Source: an uncultured Bacillota bacterium
Lineage (GTDB): Bacteria > Bacillota > Clostridia > Christensenellales > Borkfalkiaceae
Reading direction: 5' to 3'
Length of the DNA stretch: 55,163 nt
NCBI GenBank assembly: GCA_949282395.1
Contig: CASDPE010000001.1
Location: forward strand, 1 to 55,163
A model generated the notes under the pieces. The model worked only from the letters and a program-made list of their open reading frames with translations. It ran no database searches and had not been told where the DNA came from. Shown piece by piece: positions 27,466 to 37,900 of the stretch; within the stretch, counting starts at the first letter, position 1; each line of letters begins with the position of its first letter. A program made the translations under genes and the position numbers.

Positions 27466-29639
27466 TCTTCTCCCGATATAAATTCATGCCTTCCCGCAGA
27501 AAGCTGCCTGCCGCGCCACACGGCGCTGACCCCCTGCGGGATATCGAACCGTATGCGTACCTTCCCTTCCGTCCGTTCCCAATGCACGCGCAGCTCACCG
27601 TGCGCAAGTTTACGCGCGGCGGTGCATTCGCTGAGCTGCTTCGGGAACTGCGGGTCCAGCACCGCTTCGGCAAATCCCTTTCCGCTCCCGCTGACGCGTA
27701 TCCCGCCCAGCGTTTTGAACATCCAGCCGAGCACGCAGGAAAACATATGATGATTGCGCGAATCGGTAAACTGATCGCGCCATGTTTCCCAAAGCGTGGT
27801 CGCGCCGCGATCCAGCCAGGCACGGTATCCGGGTTCCCCCCGTACGGTGAGCGCCTTTACGGCAAGCTCCGTTTCCCCGCACGCCGTAAGCGCGTCAAAA
27901 ACGTATTGCGTGCCGACCATCCCGCAGTCGATGTGCCCGTCCTTTTGCCGGAACAGCGAAACAAGCTGCTTTTTGAGCGGCGCGATCGAATCATACGCCC
28001 CCGCCGCGATCAGCAGCGCGACCGCCGTCTGTTCCTCTACCGTACACCTTCCGTCCGCGCCGAGCCACTTTTCTTTGAAGGCGACCCGCCGCCTTTCCGC
28101 CTCCCGCCGCAGAAAAGCGGCATCCTCTTCTTTCCGAAGCGCCGCAGCTTCCGCCGCGATCAGGAAGAACTTCCCGCCGTAAAATTCCTGTATCATCTCC
28201 ACGGGCGTGGGAAGATTCCCCAACCCGTTCCAATCCGCCAGCGGAGCGCGCACCCCCTCTTTTTCGCACTTCGTATAGAAAGCGAGGTACCGTTTGAACC
28301 AGGGATACGCCTGCTTTAAAAGAGCATCCTCCCCCGTATACAGATACAGGCGGTACGGGATCTCAAACAGCGCGCCGTCGGCGACGGGCCCGTTGTCATA
28401 CCCCCAGTCGGGCGAGGGCGCGATCCCGGGCATCGCGCCGTCCTCGCGCATGGCGTCAAAAATATCGACCATCCATTTGCGGAAAAATTTTCCGATCCTG
28501 AAATTGATGCACATCTGCTCGGCAGACGCCTGCGCGTCGTTCAGCCAGCCCAGCTTTTCGCGCGTGGGGCAGTCTGTAAGCGCGTAGTGCAGATTCGAAT
28601 AGGTCGCAAGGATCCCGCACTCGTATATTTTATTGAGCACCGGGTCGGAACAGGAAAATTCCGTCAGCCTCTCTATCGTTTGATGAACAAAGACCCCCGC
28701 GGCCGCCGTGATCTGCGGCGGCTGCGTAAAGCCCTCGACTTCGATAAAACGAAAGCCGTGATAGGTGAACTTCGGCTGCCATACGATGGGGTTGCCGTCA
28801 CAAATAAGCCGATCCGTCTGAAAGGGTACCTGCGGGTAGAGCACGTTCAGCCCGTTCAGTTTCAGCTTCCCCTCCTCGTCTGCCTCTTCGGCACAGCGGA
28901 CGGTGAGCACGGTGCCGCACGGCTCGCATACGGTAAGGCGCGGCACGCCCGCGATGTTCTGCCCTATGTCGAACAGATAGGTGTTCTCTCCCGTTTTGCG
29001 GACCGTGCGTGCGGGATAGACCGCACAGGCGCGGATCGGTTCGCATTCGCACAAACGGAACACGCCCTCGGGCGGGCGCTCGTCTGTACGGGCATGCTCC
29101 CAGCCCGCATCGTCAAAGCCGCACTCCTTCCACCTTTCGTCATATAGCCGCGCGTCGAAATGCTCGCCGCTTCTCAGCTGATTGAAGGTAACAAACGACG
29201 CGGGACGGCACAAAAAACCGCCGTCGCTCACGAGCACCGTCTTCCCTCCGACGGTAAGGCGCAGGATCATCTTCGGGTTATCCCGCCAGGGAGCGAGGTG
29301 GTGCTTCCACGGCGTTTGAAAACTTTCGTTGAAAAATCCGTTGCCCAGCACCGCCGCAAAAACATTTTCCCCCTCGTGCAGAAGATCGCTCACGTCATAG
29401 CGGTGCACCCAAAGCGTTTTGCGATAGTCGCTGACGGCCGATACGAACAGATCGTCGCTGACAGGCCGCCCGTTGAGATAGAAGTACCCGTACCCGAGCG
29501 CACACACTTCCAGGACCGCCTCGCCTTTCTTTTTTACGGAAAAACGCCTGCGGAACAAGGGGGCCGGGTCGTGCTCGGAATAGTCGCGGTGAAATTCTCT
29601 GTCAGGCTTTATAAAGGAAGCCCCTTCCAGCAAACTCAT
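27462..29639 (-). CDS. GH78 alpha-L-rhamnosidase
   Basis: GEHFDAR, FDIGQN, FTYHGFR, TDCPTREKLGWLND, GATTLWETW, SRNHHMF. Confidence 0.9.
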   Translation of the reverse strand: MSLLEGASFIKPDREFHRDYSEHDPAPLFRRRFSVKKKGEAVLEVCALGYGYFYLNGRPVSDDLFVSAVSDYRKTLWVHRYDVSDLLHEGENVFAAVLGNGFFNESFQTPWKHHLAPWRDNPKMILRLTVGGKTVLVSDGGFLCRPASFVTFNQLRSGEHFDARLYDERWKECGFDDAGWEHARTDERPPEGVFRLCECEPIRACAVYPARTVRKTGENTYLFDIGQNIAGVPRLTVCEPCGTVLTVRCAEEADEEGKLKLNGLNVLYPQVPFQTDRLICDGNPIVWQPKFTYHGFRFIEVEGFTQPPQITAAAGVFVHQTIERLTEFSCSDPVLNKIYECGILATYSNLHYALTDCPTREKLGWLNDAQASAEQMCINFRIGKFFRKWMVDIFDAMREDGAMPGIAPSPDWGYDNGPVADGALFEIPYRLYLYTGEDALLKQAYPWFKRYLAFYTKCEKEGVRAPLADWNGLGNLPTPVEMIQEFYGGKFFLIAAEAAALRKEEDAAFLRREAERRRVAFKEKWLGADGRCTVEEQTAVALLIAAGAYDSIAPLKKQLVSLFRQKDGHIDCGMVGTQYVFDALTACGETELAVKALTVRGEPGYRAWLDRGATTLWETWRDQFTDSRNHHMFSCVLGWMFKTLGGIRVSGSGKGFAEAVLDPQFPKQLSECTAARKLAHGELRVHWERTEGKVRIRFDIPQGVSAVWRGRQLSAGRHEFISGEE

Positions 29640-30208
29640 TCGGGTTTATCCTCCAAAACGAGCGGAAAGTCGCCGAGCTTGTTCACTTTAAAGCCGTTCT
29701 TTTTATACGTTTCGTAATCGAACGCCTCCAGCTCGTCGATCGCGAGCTTATGGAACTCGTAAAAATTATGCCACCATTCGTACCCCGTTCCGAGTTCCGC
29801 GCCCAGATAGGCATCCGCGATGTCGCACCCCATCTTGGGCGCAACGTAGAACGCGCCCATCGCCAGCACGTTGACCCCGTTGCCCGTGATGGCACGGAGC
29901 GCCGCGGGAACGCTTTCGACCACGCCCGCATGCACGTGCGGGCACTTGCTCGCCGCGATGTGGATGCCCATCCCCGTGCCGCAAAACAGCAACGCGCGCT
30001 CGTACTCGCCCTCTGCGATCATCGCCCCGACGCGCAGCCCCACGCGGTGAAACATGAGGTCCGTATCGTCGGGGTCGCTGTCCTTTTTTACTCCCATGTC
30101 GCAAATTTTCCAGCCCTTTTTTTCAAGGTGCTCAACGACCGCCTCTTTGAGCGGGAAGCCCGCAAAATCTGCCCCTACCACCAAATATTTGTCTTTGATC
30201 CTTTTCAT
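29636..30208 (-). CDS. RpiB/LacAB-family sugar-phosphate isomerase
   Basis: GADFAG, LFCGTGMG and NVLAMG motifs. Confidence 0.85.
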   Translation of the reverse strand: MKRIKDKYLVVGADFAGFPLKEAVVEHLEKKGWKICDMGVKKDSDPDDTDLMFHRVGLRVGAMIAEGEYERALLFCGTGMGIHIAASKCPHVHAGVVESVPAALRAITGNGVNVLAMGAFYVAPKMGCDIADAYLGAELGTGYEWWHNFYEFHKLAIDELEAFDYETYKKNGFKVNKLGDFPLVLEDKPE

Positions 30209-30211
30209 TTT

Positions 30212-30937
30212 TTATTCTCCTTCGAACATACTTTCGATCAGTTTTATTGCCGTATAATAATGCAGTTCGCGCACGGGGTGGTTGAGCTTGTTCGCCAGCA
30301 ATTCGGTCACGTCTGCGCCGCCGCGCTCCAGCTTTTTCCACTGCCCGTAAATATCGCAGACGGCTGCCCCCGCCCGCTGCGCCGTTTCTTTCGCCGCCTG
30401 CACATATTTATCCAGCACGCCGCCGCTTTGCAGCGCCGAAAGACTTTCCGCCAGCCCGATAAATTCCTTATCGCAAAGATGACAGCTCACTTTTGTGTTC
30501 ATCATGTTGGGCGTAAGGCATATGATCTCCGCACCGATCTTTTTGCACTGCGCAAAGATGCTTTCCAGCGCGCGTATATAGGAAGGCAGCCCCGCCTCGC
30601 CCCTCGTGCTGTCGTTGAGCGCAAAGCCCACCACTACGAGATCGGGAGAATAGGGCGCAACATCGCGCGCAAAGCGCTTTTCTCCGCCTTCCGCCGTGTC
30701 GCCCGAGATCCCCGCATTGATCACATTCAGCTGCACGTTCGGATAGATGAGCTGCAGCATTTCGCGCAAACGGGCGGAATAACCGCTCGCCCCGTCAAAT
30801 ACCGTATCGATCGTATTTCCTTTTTTATAGCACTCAAAACACCCCTGTGTGACGCTGTCGCCCAAAAAGGCGATCGTCACAGGCGGCGCGCCATACATGT
30901 TCTCTGCCTTTGCCTTCAGCTTTTGTATTATGCGCAT
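30212..30937 (-). CDS. SGNH/GDSL hydrolase (probable carbohydrate esterase)
   Basis: FLGDSVT, INAGISG, FALND, NHP; AAGGAGG favours start 30937 (MRIIQK). Confidence 0.85.
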   Translation of the reverse strand: MRIIQKLKAKAENMYGAPPVTIAFLGDSVTQGCFECYKKGNTIDTVFDGASGYSARLREMLQLIYPNVQLNVINAGISGDTAEGGEKRFARDVAPYSPDLVVVGFALNDSTRGEAGLPSYIRALESIFAQCKKIGAEIICLTPNMMNTKVSCHLCDKEFIGLAESLSALQSGGVLDKYVQAAKETAQRAGAAVCDIYGQWKKLERGGADVTELLANKLNHPVRELHYYTAIKLIESMFEGE

Positions 30938-30979
30938 CGGTTCCTCCTTTCCGCATAGAGATCTATGGGCTCTTTCTAT

Positions 30980-31008
30980 ATTATACAATCCTTTCGGCCG
31001 CAAGTAAA
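30980..31008 (-). promoter_or_regulatory. Promoter of the SGNH-RpiB-GH78-GH106 operon
   Basis: Minus strand TTTACT-N17-TATAAT. Confidence 0.55.
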
Positions 31009-31072
31009 TACCCGAAAAAAGCACGAAGTTATCCAAAATAATCACGATTTTAGGAAATTTTATAGAAAACCG

Positions 31073-31102
31073 TTGACGCCGCTTCCCGTTCTGCCGTATA
31101 AT
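31073..31102 (+). promoter_or_regulatory. Promoter of the second AraC gene (probably leaderless)
   Basis: TTGACG-N18-TATAAT ending 6 nt before ATG 31109. Confidence 0.65.
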
Positions 31103-31108
31103 ACGGCC

Positions 31109-31861
31109 ATGATCACGACTCAGCTTTTATTGGCAAACGAAGGCTATACGCATGCGAACTGGCTGTTCAAAAACATCTGCACGAATTTTTCGCGTGTGTA
31201 TTATATTTTGGGCGGGGAAGGATACTGCCGCTATGAAGGGCGCACTTTCCGTTTAAAGGAACATTGCCTGTACTTTTTCCCCGCGCGCAGAGCGTTCGAC
31301 CTGTACGACAACGCCAACAACAAACTTTTGCATACCTATGTGCATATCTGCACCGACCCTGCGATCGGCGAACTCATCGAACTGAACGTGGAGCCGGATA
31401 CCTTTTTGGCGGATGCCATAACCTTCCTGCGGAAGTATATCCCCCTGCAGGATGCGGCTATTACGATCGGCATTTTGGACATGCTGCTCTCGCATGTCTT
31501 TTCACGGGCGGCGGCGCCGCCGCTGCCTGCCCGGCAGGTAAAAAATTACATCGACTCGAATCTTTTGGGGAAACTCGATCTGAACGCGCTGTGCGCCGAG
31601 ATCAACTATTCCAAATCGCAGCTGAACAGATTGTTTTTAAAACATTACAAAACGACGCCGATCCACTACTACAACGATAAACGATTGGAACTTGCGCTCA
31701 AATTTTTGATGGAAGGGCAAACGAGCAGAGCGGTATGCACCCGCCTCCACTACTCCACTCCCGCGGCTTTTTGCAAAGCGTTTAAAAACAAGTACGGTCT
31801 CTCCCCCGAAAAGCACCTTGCCGCCATGAAAAAGGAGGTCCTTCCGATTTTTCAGACATAA
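31109..31861 (+). CDS. AraC-family transcriptional regulator
   Basis: SRVYYILGGEG cupin; HTH YSKSQLNRLF...YSTPAAFCKAFKNKYGLSP; start set at ATG 31109 from the promoter position. Confidence 0.9.
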   Translation: MITTQLLLANEGYTHANWLFKNICTNFSRVYYILGGEGYCRYEGRTFRLKEHCLYFFPARRAFDLYDNANNKLLHTYVHICTDPAIGELIELNVEPDTFLADAITFLRKYIPLQDAAITIGILDMLLSHVFSRAAAPPLPARQVKNYIDSNLLGKLDLNALCAEINYSKSQLNRLFLKHYKTTPIHYYNDKRLELALKFLMEGQTSRAVCTRLHYSTPAAFCKAFKNKYGLSPEKHLAAMKKEVLPIFQT

Positions 31862-31878
31862 TATATAAAAATAAAAAA

Positions 31879-31919
31879 TATGCACGATTTTGTTCTGTTT
31901 ATTCACAAAATCGTGCATA
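31879..31919. repeat. 14-bp inverted repeat (terminator or operator)
   Basis: TATGCACGATTTTG 31879-31892 / CAAAATCGTGCATA 31906-31919. Confidence 0.65.
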
Positions 31920-31954
31920 AATTGGCTGCCCATGGATTTGCAATCAAAGAATGA

Positions 31955-31997
31955 AAAACGCCTAATCCGAGTGTTCGGATTAGGCACAATTTGGCTG
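31955..31997. mobile_element. Serine-recombinase attachment half-site with hairpin, at the GH2 truncation point
   Basis: CCTAATCCGA/TCGGATTAGG hairpin and GTTCG(31973)-N18-TG(31996); imperfect direct repeat of 54671-54714. Confidence 0.75.
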
Positions 31998-32862
31998 AAC
32001 GAAAGCCTACACGTTGCAAGATTTTTTCACCGTTTGCCGATAGAACAATATCGTATAATTTCGGATTTTCCGTCGTCCACCGCTCTACTTTTTGCACCGT
32101 AAATTCAATCGTTTTATCCAGCGCAATTTTTTCTCTTTCACCGAGTATTTCTACCGTAAACTCTATATTGCTCAAGTTATGCACGGTAATTATCCCATCG
32201 TTTTCATTAAACCGTGTTTCCAGCTTAAAATCAGTTATATGCTCATTCGGACGCACCAAAAGATATACGCTACGAAATATTCCCGAAAAACGGAATTTGT
32301 CTTGACACTCCAAATAACTACCAGCGCACCACTTAATCACTATAATGTCGAGAGTGTTGCTTCCCGATTTTATAAATGGCGTTATATCCCATTCGCTCGT
32401 AGCATGTGAAATTTGGCTATACCCCAATTTTTTGCCGTTAATATATACGTAAAAAAAGCAATCCACCCCCTCGAAATTGAGATAATATTTTTGTGTTGCA
32501 TCTTTTATATCAAAGGCACGACGATAATGAAAGGCAGGGTTTTTAACGCGGATATACGGCGGATCTACAGGAAAAGGATAGCGCGAATTTATATATTGAA
32601 TTTTATCGTATCCATGCATTTGTACACAGGAAGGCACAGGAATTTTATCGGTCAATTTTTCACTGAGTTCTACTTCAGCAATGTCTTCATGCGCCTTAAA
32701 TTCCCATTCACCGTCAAGAGAAATTAAGCGGTTACTTTTTGTTCTGTCTAAAATACCGTGCACAAACACAAATTCCTGATTTTCTCCAAACGGAATATAA
32801 TAACTACGCGGCGGTTCTATGCCCGTGCGATCAAATGTTTCGTACTCATAGTTATGTTGCAT
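31998..32862 (-). pseudogene. 5' fragment of a GH2 beta-galactosidase (catalytic barrel missing)
   Basis: LacZ-type N-terminus (SLDGEWEF, YINSRYPF, LNFEGVD, ECQDKFRFSGIFRSVYL, W..ENPKLY) ends at QRVGFR, then reads into the att site and stops at 31903. Confidence 0.85.
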
Positions 32863-32879
32863 AAAGTTCTCCGAGTTTG

Positions 32880-33713
32880 TTATTCCAATAAAAAGTATTG
32901 CATACGTTCTTCGTACGCACGGTTGGGTCGATGAAACGTAAGATTTCGCTTCCCTTGAAAATCGACGAAACTCATACTGTGCCCGCCGTCATGGTCGTAC
33001 AACAGTTTTTCAAAATTGTAATCGCCCATTACGCCGTTACTGCTCACGCTTTTTACAACCGCATAACCGTTTTGCGTAAACGTGGACCACAGCAAAACGA
33101 TTTTTCCGTCTTCTTCATAGAGAAACGGACCTTCCGCGACATATCCGCTTTTGCCGACGTGATGCACCTCTACGGAAAATCCGCAATATTTTCCGCTTAT
33201 GATTTTTTTCGGTTTCCCTAAAAGTGCGGTCAAATCGTCGGTCAGTTCGCACACATAAAGACTGCCGTCGCCGTCGTTTGTAATGGGCGCAACCCACTCG
33301 TTGGAAAAGCAAAGATACGGCTTGTTTTCGTGTACGAACAGCGTTGCATCCAAACATTCCCAACCGCTCGGCGTAATGTATTCGCCCGTAAGCGCCGTAA
33401 ACGACTTTTCCAAACTATCCGACCGATAGATGAAACTTCCCCGCCCTTTATCTTTCCGATAAGCGGAAAAAATCAAATAGTAGCTGCCGTTATATTTGTG
33501 CAGTTCGGGCGCCCAAATATCGACGTACGAAGAAAACGACCCGTCCGTGACCATATAACATTTTCGTTCGAAATTTTCCAAATCCTGCGAAACAAACAGT
33601 GTTAAGTCGCTTTCCTTTCCCCAAGGGACGCCGCCGGTAGTGCCAAGCAGATAATACTTTCCATTTTCCGTAAATACAAACGGATCCCTAATATGAATAT
33701 CACCTCTTCTCAT
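32880..33713 (-). CDS. GH43 glycoside hydrolase
   Basis: IRDPFV, WAPE, LDATLF and AEGP five-bladed propeller motifs. Confidence 0.85.
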   Translation of the reverse strand: MRRGDIHIRDPFVFTENGKYYLLGTTGGVPWGKESDLTLFVSQDLENFERKCYMVTDGSFSSYVDIWAPELHKYNGSYYLIFSAYRKDKGRGSFIYRSDSLEKSFTALTGEYITPSGWECLDATLFVHENKPYLCFSNEWVAPITNDGDGSLYVCELTDDLTALLGKPKKIISGKYCGFSVEVHHVGKSGYVAEGPFLYEEDGKIVLLWSTFTQNGYAVVKSVSSNGVMGDYNFEKLLYDHDGGHSMSFVDFQGKRNLTFHRPNRAYEERMQYFLLE

Positions 33714-34980
33714 TCGGCAGCTCCTTTGTCTCTATATAATTTTTCTCGCAAAGTTCAATTGCCAACAAATTCCAACTTAGAAAACCAGGAAACAGATTCG
33801 GTGCGCCCGTATCGGGATGATAACTCTCAAACATTTCACTGTACTGTTCTAAATTCTTTTGCAACAGCAAAATTGTTTTAGCACGCAAATTTTCGGCCAG
33901 CTCTGTTTTTTTATATCTCAACAACCCTTTATACGTAAGATAATTCGCTACTATCCAAATAGGTCCCAGCCAATTAGACGGATTATTACTCTTTTCCAAA
34001 TTGTACATTTTTTCATTGCGTGCAAGTGTACGAACGCCGTAAGTCGCCATCACATCAGGATCATGCAAATGCTCACACAGCCGATTTGCTTGCTCCTCGT
34101 TGCAGACACCGACATACAGAGGTAAGAAGCAAGCCCAAAAGCGAATTTTGAGCGGCACAGTATTCCATTTCGGCGCAAAACCTTCATGGAACGTAAAACC
34201 ATTGTACGAGCGCTCCGTTTTTACAAATCCGACGTCTTGCGAATAATATATCCCGTCATGTTCGTCCCACATTTGGCCATTAATTGCAATACGCAACGTC
34301 GCAGCTTTATTTTCATACTCCGTGGCATCTTTATCATTTCGCCGTAAAATTTCCGCCATAGCATCATATTCTGCTACTATGAAACTATTCAAATAAATAT
34401 CCGCAGAAGAACGTGGCGCACGATAATACACGGTGGGATTATTGTCTATCCCAATCATAATATCGTCTTGCCAAATAAATAAGCCGCTACGCACGTCAAA
34501 CTGTCGCATTTCGTAATAATGCAAATACGCTGCAAGTTTATCACAATCAATCCATTTATAATCGCCTGTAAATTCACCCGCTTGTAATGCTGCCTGACAC
34601 AAAAACGGTTTATGCTGATTTAAGGGTATGCCCTTTGCATGTTCACCGTGAAAATAGCCGGCAAACAAACCGTTACCCGAAAGCATAATGGGTATATATC
34701 CGTCATTCTCCTGTGCCGTCAAAAAGTTTAGCACACAACCTTTTATGTGTGCCGCTACAACCTCTCGAGCGCAACCCGCCTCCTTCATTTCCATATCGGA
34801 ACAAGTTGAAAACGCTGCGCACAATGCTTTCGCCGTAAAATAAGAGTCCCAATCCCATAAATCGCCCTCGTATCCCGAACCTGGATCGAGAAACGGATTT
34901 TTCAGTTCACCCGCAGGCTTTTTCAAAACTCTGTGCGCATTGCGCAAAAAATATTCTTTGGTATTCATATTTTTATACAC
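33700..34980 (-). CDS. (alpha/alpha)6 glycosidase, GH63/trehalase(GH37)-like
   Basis: LWDWDSYF, GIDNNP, DIYLNS, NWLGPIW, FESY. Confidence 0.75.
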   Translation of the reverse strand: MYKNMNTKEYFLRNAHRVLKKPAGELKNPFLDPGSGYEGDLWDWDSYFTAKALCAAFSTCSDMEMKEAGCAREVVAAHIKGCVLNFLTAQENDGYIPIMLSGNGLFAGYFHGEHAKGIPLNQHKPFLCQAALQAGEFTGDYKWIDCDKLAAYLHYYEMRQFDVRSGLFIWQDDIMIGIDNNPTVYYRAPRSSADIYLNSFIVAEYDAMAEILRRNDKDATEYENKAATLRIAINGQMWDEHDGIYYSQDVGFVKTERSYNGFTFHEGFAPKWNTVPLKIRFWACFLPLYVGVCNEEQANRLCEHLHDPDVMATYGVRTLARNEKMYNLEKSNNPSNWLGPIWIVANYLTYKGLLRYKKTELAENLRAKTILLLQKNLEQYSEMFESYHPDTGAPNLFPGFLSWNLLAIELCEKNYIETKELPNEKR

Positions 34981-34982
34981 AG

Positions 34983-37900
34983 TTATTTTTTCAACGTTAA
35001 TTCAGGCTTTTTCATGATGCCCATATCGTGTAAGCAATACTCGTACGACCACATGTTATTACCTGAATACCACATATCCGGACCTTTCCAGTTTTTCGGT
35101 GTTGTCAAATGTAACGCCCCAAACGTATTGCCTCGCGTGCCGTACAGCGTCAGTTCCAACAGATGCTCGCCTCTTTTCACGTTTTCAATTTGTAACTTAT
35201 ATGGCGGCGATACGATTTTGCCGATTTCAATACCGTCCAATCTCGCGCTTATGAGCGCGCCGATATAATAATCTGCGACAACCGTAAGGTCGCCCGCATC
35301 ACAAACAAAAGGGATTTTGTATGTAATATTCGCCCCGTAAAACGGCATACCCTGCTTACACAACGCATCGAATGTCAAAACGGACGGTAATTCGGTAATC
35401 TTCGTATGTTCACCAAGCGTTTCTATACCGAAATCGCCGAGCAAAAACAAATTTTCCATACTGATTCGCGCGCTTATAGGAACGCGGACGATCAGCTCGT
35501 TTTTGCCTTTAACCAGCATCGGTAACCGCATTGTATAGATCTCTTTGTCTACGTACCATCCGTCTTTTGAAACGGGAATATCCTTACCGTTAAACAGTAC
35601 CGAGTCAGCATACTCATATCCGAGCATACACGGCGCAGTAATTTCACTCTCTATTGTATAGCGTAACCACACAAATTCGCTGGGTACGATAGTCGATAAG
35701 CGCCAGGGCTGTACATCACATCCATCGGCAGCAGGATAACCGAGCTGGGAACGCACAATGCGATCAATGCGTAAAATTTCTTCCCTTGGCATAAAACATT
35801 CGCCGTCGCGCGACCACTCGGGCATATCCAAAACAAGCACGTTCGGTTCGCTTCGAACAAACGGAACAAAATTCGGAACAAATATACTTTGTTCGACCGC
35901 TTTCGTTTGCGTTGTCTGTGCTCTTTTCTTTGATCTTTCTTGGCTTGGCGTAAGCAAATACAAAAACGAATCAAGCGGATAACAGGGAGCAAAAATTACT
36001 GTATCACCATTTTCATGTATATATTCCGCGTTCTGTATCGTACCGTCGAGTGTGTTATAAAGCGTAGGCGTAAATATACCTTTTACAGTAATACGTAATT
36101 CATCGTAAGCGCAGTCGTTTCCGTCCATACGCGTCATATCATCACAATGCGCAATGAAAAGCCATCTGTTTTCTCCATCGCAGCGCAAACAGTAAATCAA
36201 ATCGTTTCTTCGTTCGCCGCCTTTACCGAACACGGCAATCTCCCGCTCGGCGTTTAATGCATCCAAAATTTCTGATTGAGAAAAACCTATTTTTTTTGCC
36301 TTGAGCCAAAGCACTTGAGCCTCATTGCTGTTTAGTCCGTCCACGTAAATCGGGCAATCGCCGCACACCAATACTTTGCCCCCACAATCCGCAAATTCGT
36401 TAAGCGCTGCAAGCGTAGAAGAACGAATGGTTTTTATCGGTGGAATCAATACTGCTTTATATTGCATTTTTCCCACGCAAAAACCGTTTCTGCTACTGCG
36501 ATATAATTCAGGCAACAAACTTTCGCAGAAAAAGTCGAAATCGATTTGCCCACGAAGCAACCACTCCGTTACGTTCGCAAATTGCGAATCAAGCGTTTCC
36601 ATACCGGCAGCCGTGTATTCTCGCACGCCGCCGATTAACCACGCACTTTCGATCGGATGCATTACTGCAACGTTTACCAATGGTTTACCCCGCATGAGTG
36701 CCGTATTCAACCGCGCAAAATGATCTTCTATGTAACCGTATTCCTTAAACCAACTCGACTGGTAACTGATGCTTGCGGGATAATCTCGTTTTGCCGACCC
36801 GCGCATACTTACCCAAGACAAATGCGGAACACGGAGCGTTACGCCGAGCGCCGCCTGCCAATCGCCCTGAAATTTATGACCGCGAAAATCATAGTCCCAA
36901 CCGGTAACGCCATATTCTTCGCTCATCATTTTATTTCTGCCGTACTGGTGCGCGATTGATTGCGCTTGCTTTGCTGTAGTAAACTCCTTGCGATTACAAA
37001 GCATATCGATTCCAGGAATATCGAATTCCCGATAATGCCTCATCGCTTCACCTATCGCTCGCATTTGCGTATACAGCCATGGCTCTTCCATATAATGCCC
37101 TGTAAAAGCAATGCTATTTTTATGGCACCATTTACCTATCCTGTCGCTAAAATTTTGTGCAAACAGCTCCGTTGCATGCATAAAGAATCGGTAACGATCC
37201 GTATTTGGTTTATCATCACTTTTATCCCAAACCACTTCTGGCATATGCGCAACTATATCATACCCAAAACGTTGTTCAAACGAAGAACGGAATGCTTGCG
37301 TCCAAGGATATATGGCGTCCTTTCCGTCGCGGGCGGATGCCTTAAACGACATAACATAATAACTCGGTTCGTCTGTAAAAATTGCAGGTACGGATTTACC
37401 AAACTCCTCTCCCAATTCGCGTTTATACGCCTCATGCGTTACCTCGATAAACTTTTCCACCGCATCACCGTTCATTGTATCGAGATATGTGAAACCGTTG
37501 AATATTCCAGATTTTTCTGCGAGAAGTGCATATGCATACCACTTTTCTCCGAGCGTTTCTTCCTGCTTGGAGATCACTTGATATGTTTTGATTTTTCCGT
37601 GTCCGTCAAACAAAATATCATAGGCCGCAAGAAATTCCGGATCCCGTTCGTCACTTTGATGTTCACGCATCATTTTGTCTGGATCGGAACGAGACAACAC
37701 AATCATCTTTTGTCGAAATTCTTTATATTGTGTTACATAACCACCCGCAGCTCCGCTCGGCCAGCGGTCTTCGTCGTACAAATATGAGAACATGCCGTTT
37801 TCACGCGCACGGCGATTACAAACACGAACAAGACGCATAAACTCTTCGCCCAAATATTCGGTACTCATGCCGCTGCGCGTATGCATAAAAAATCCGCCAA

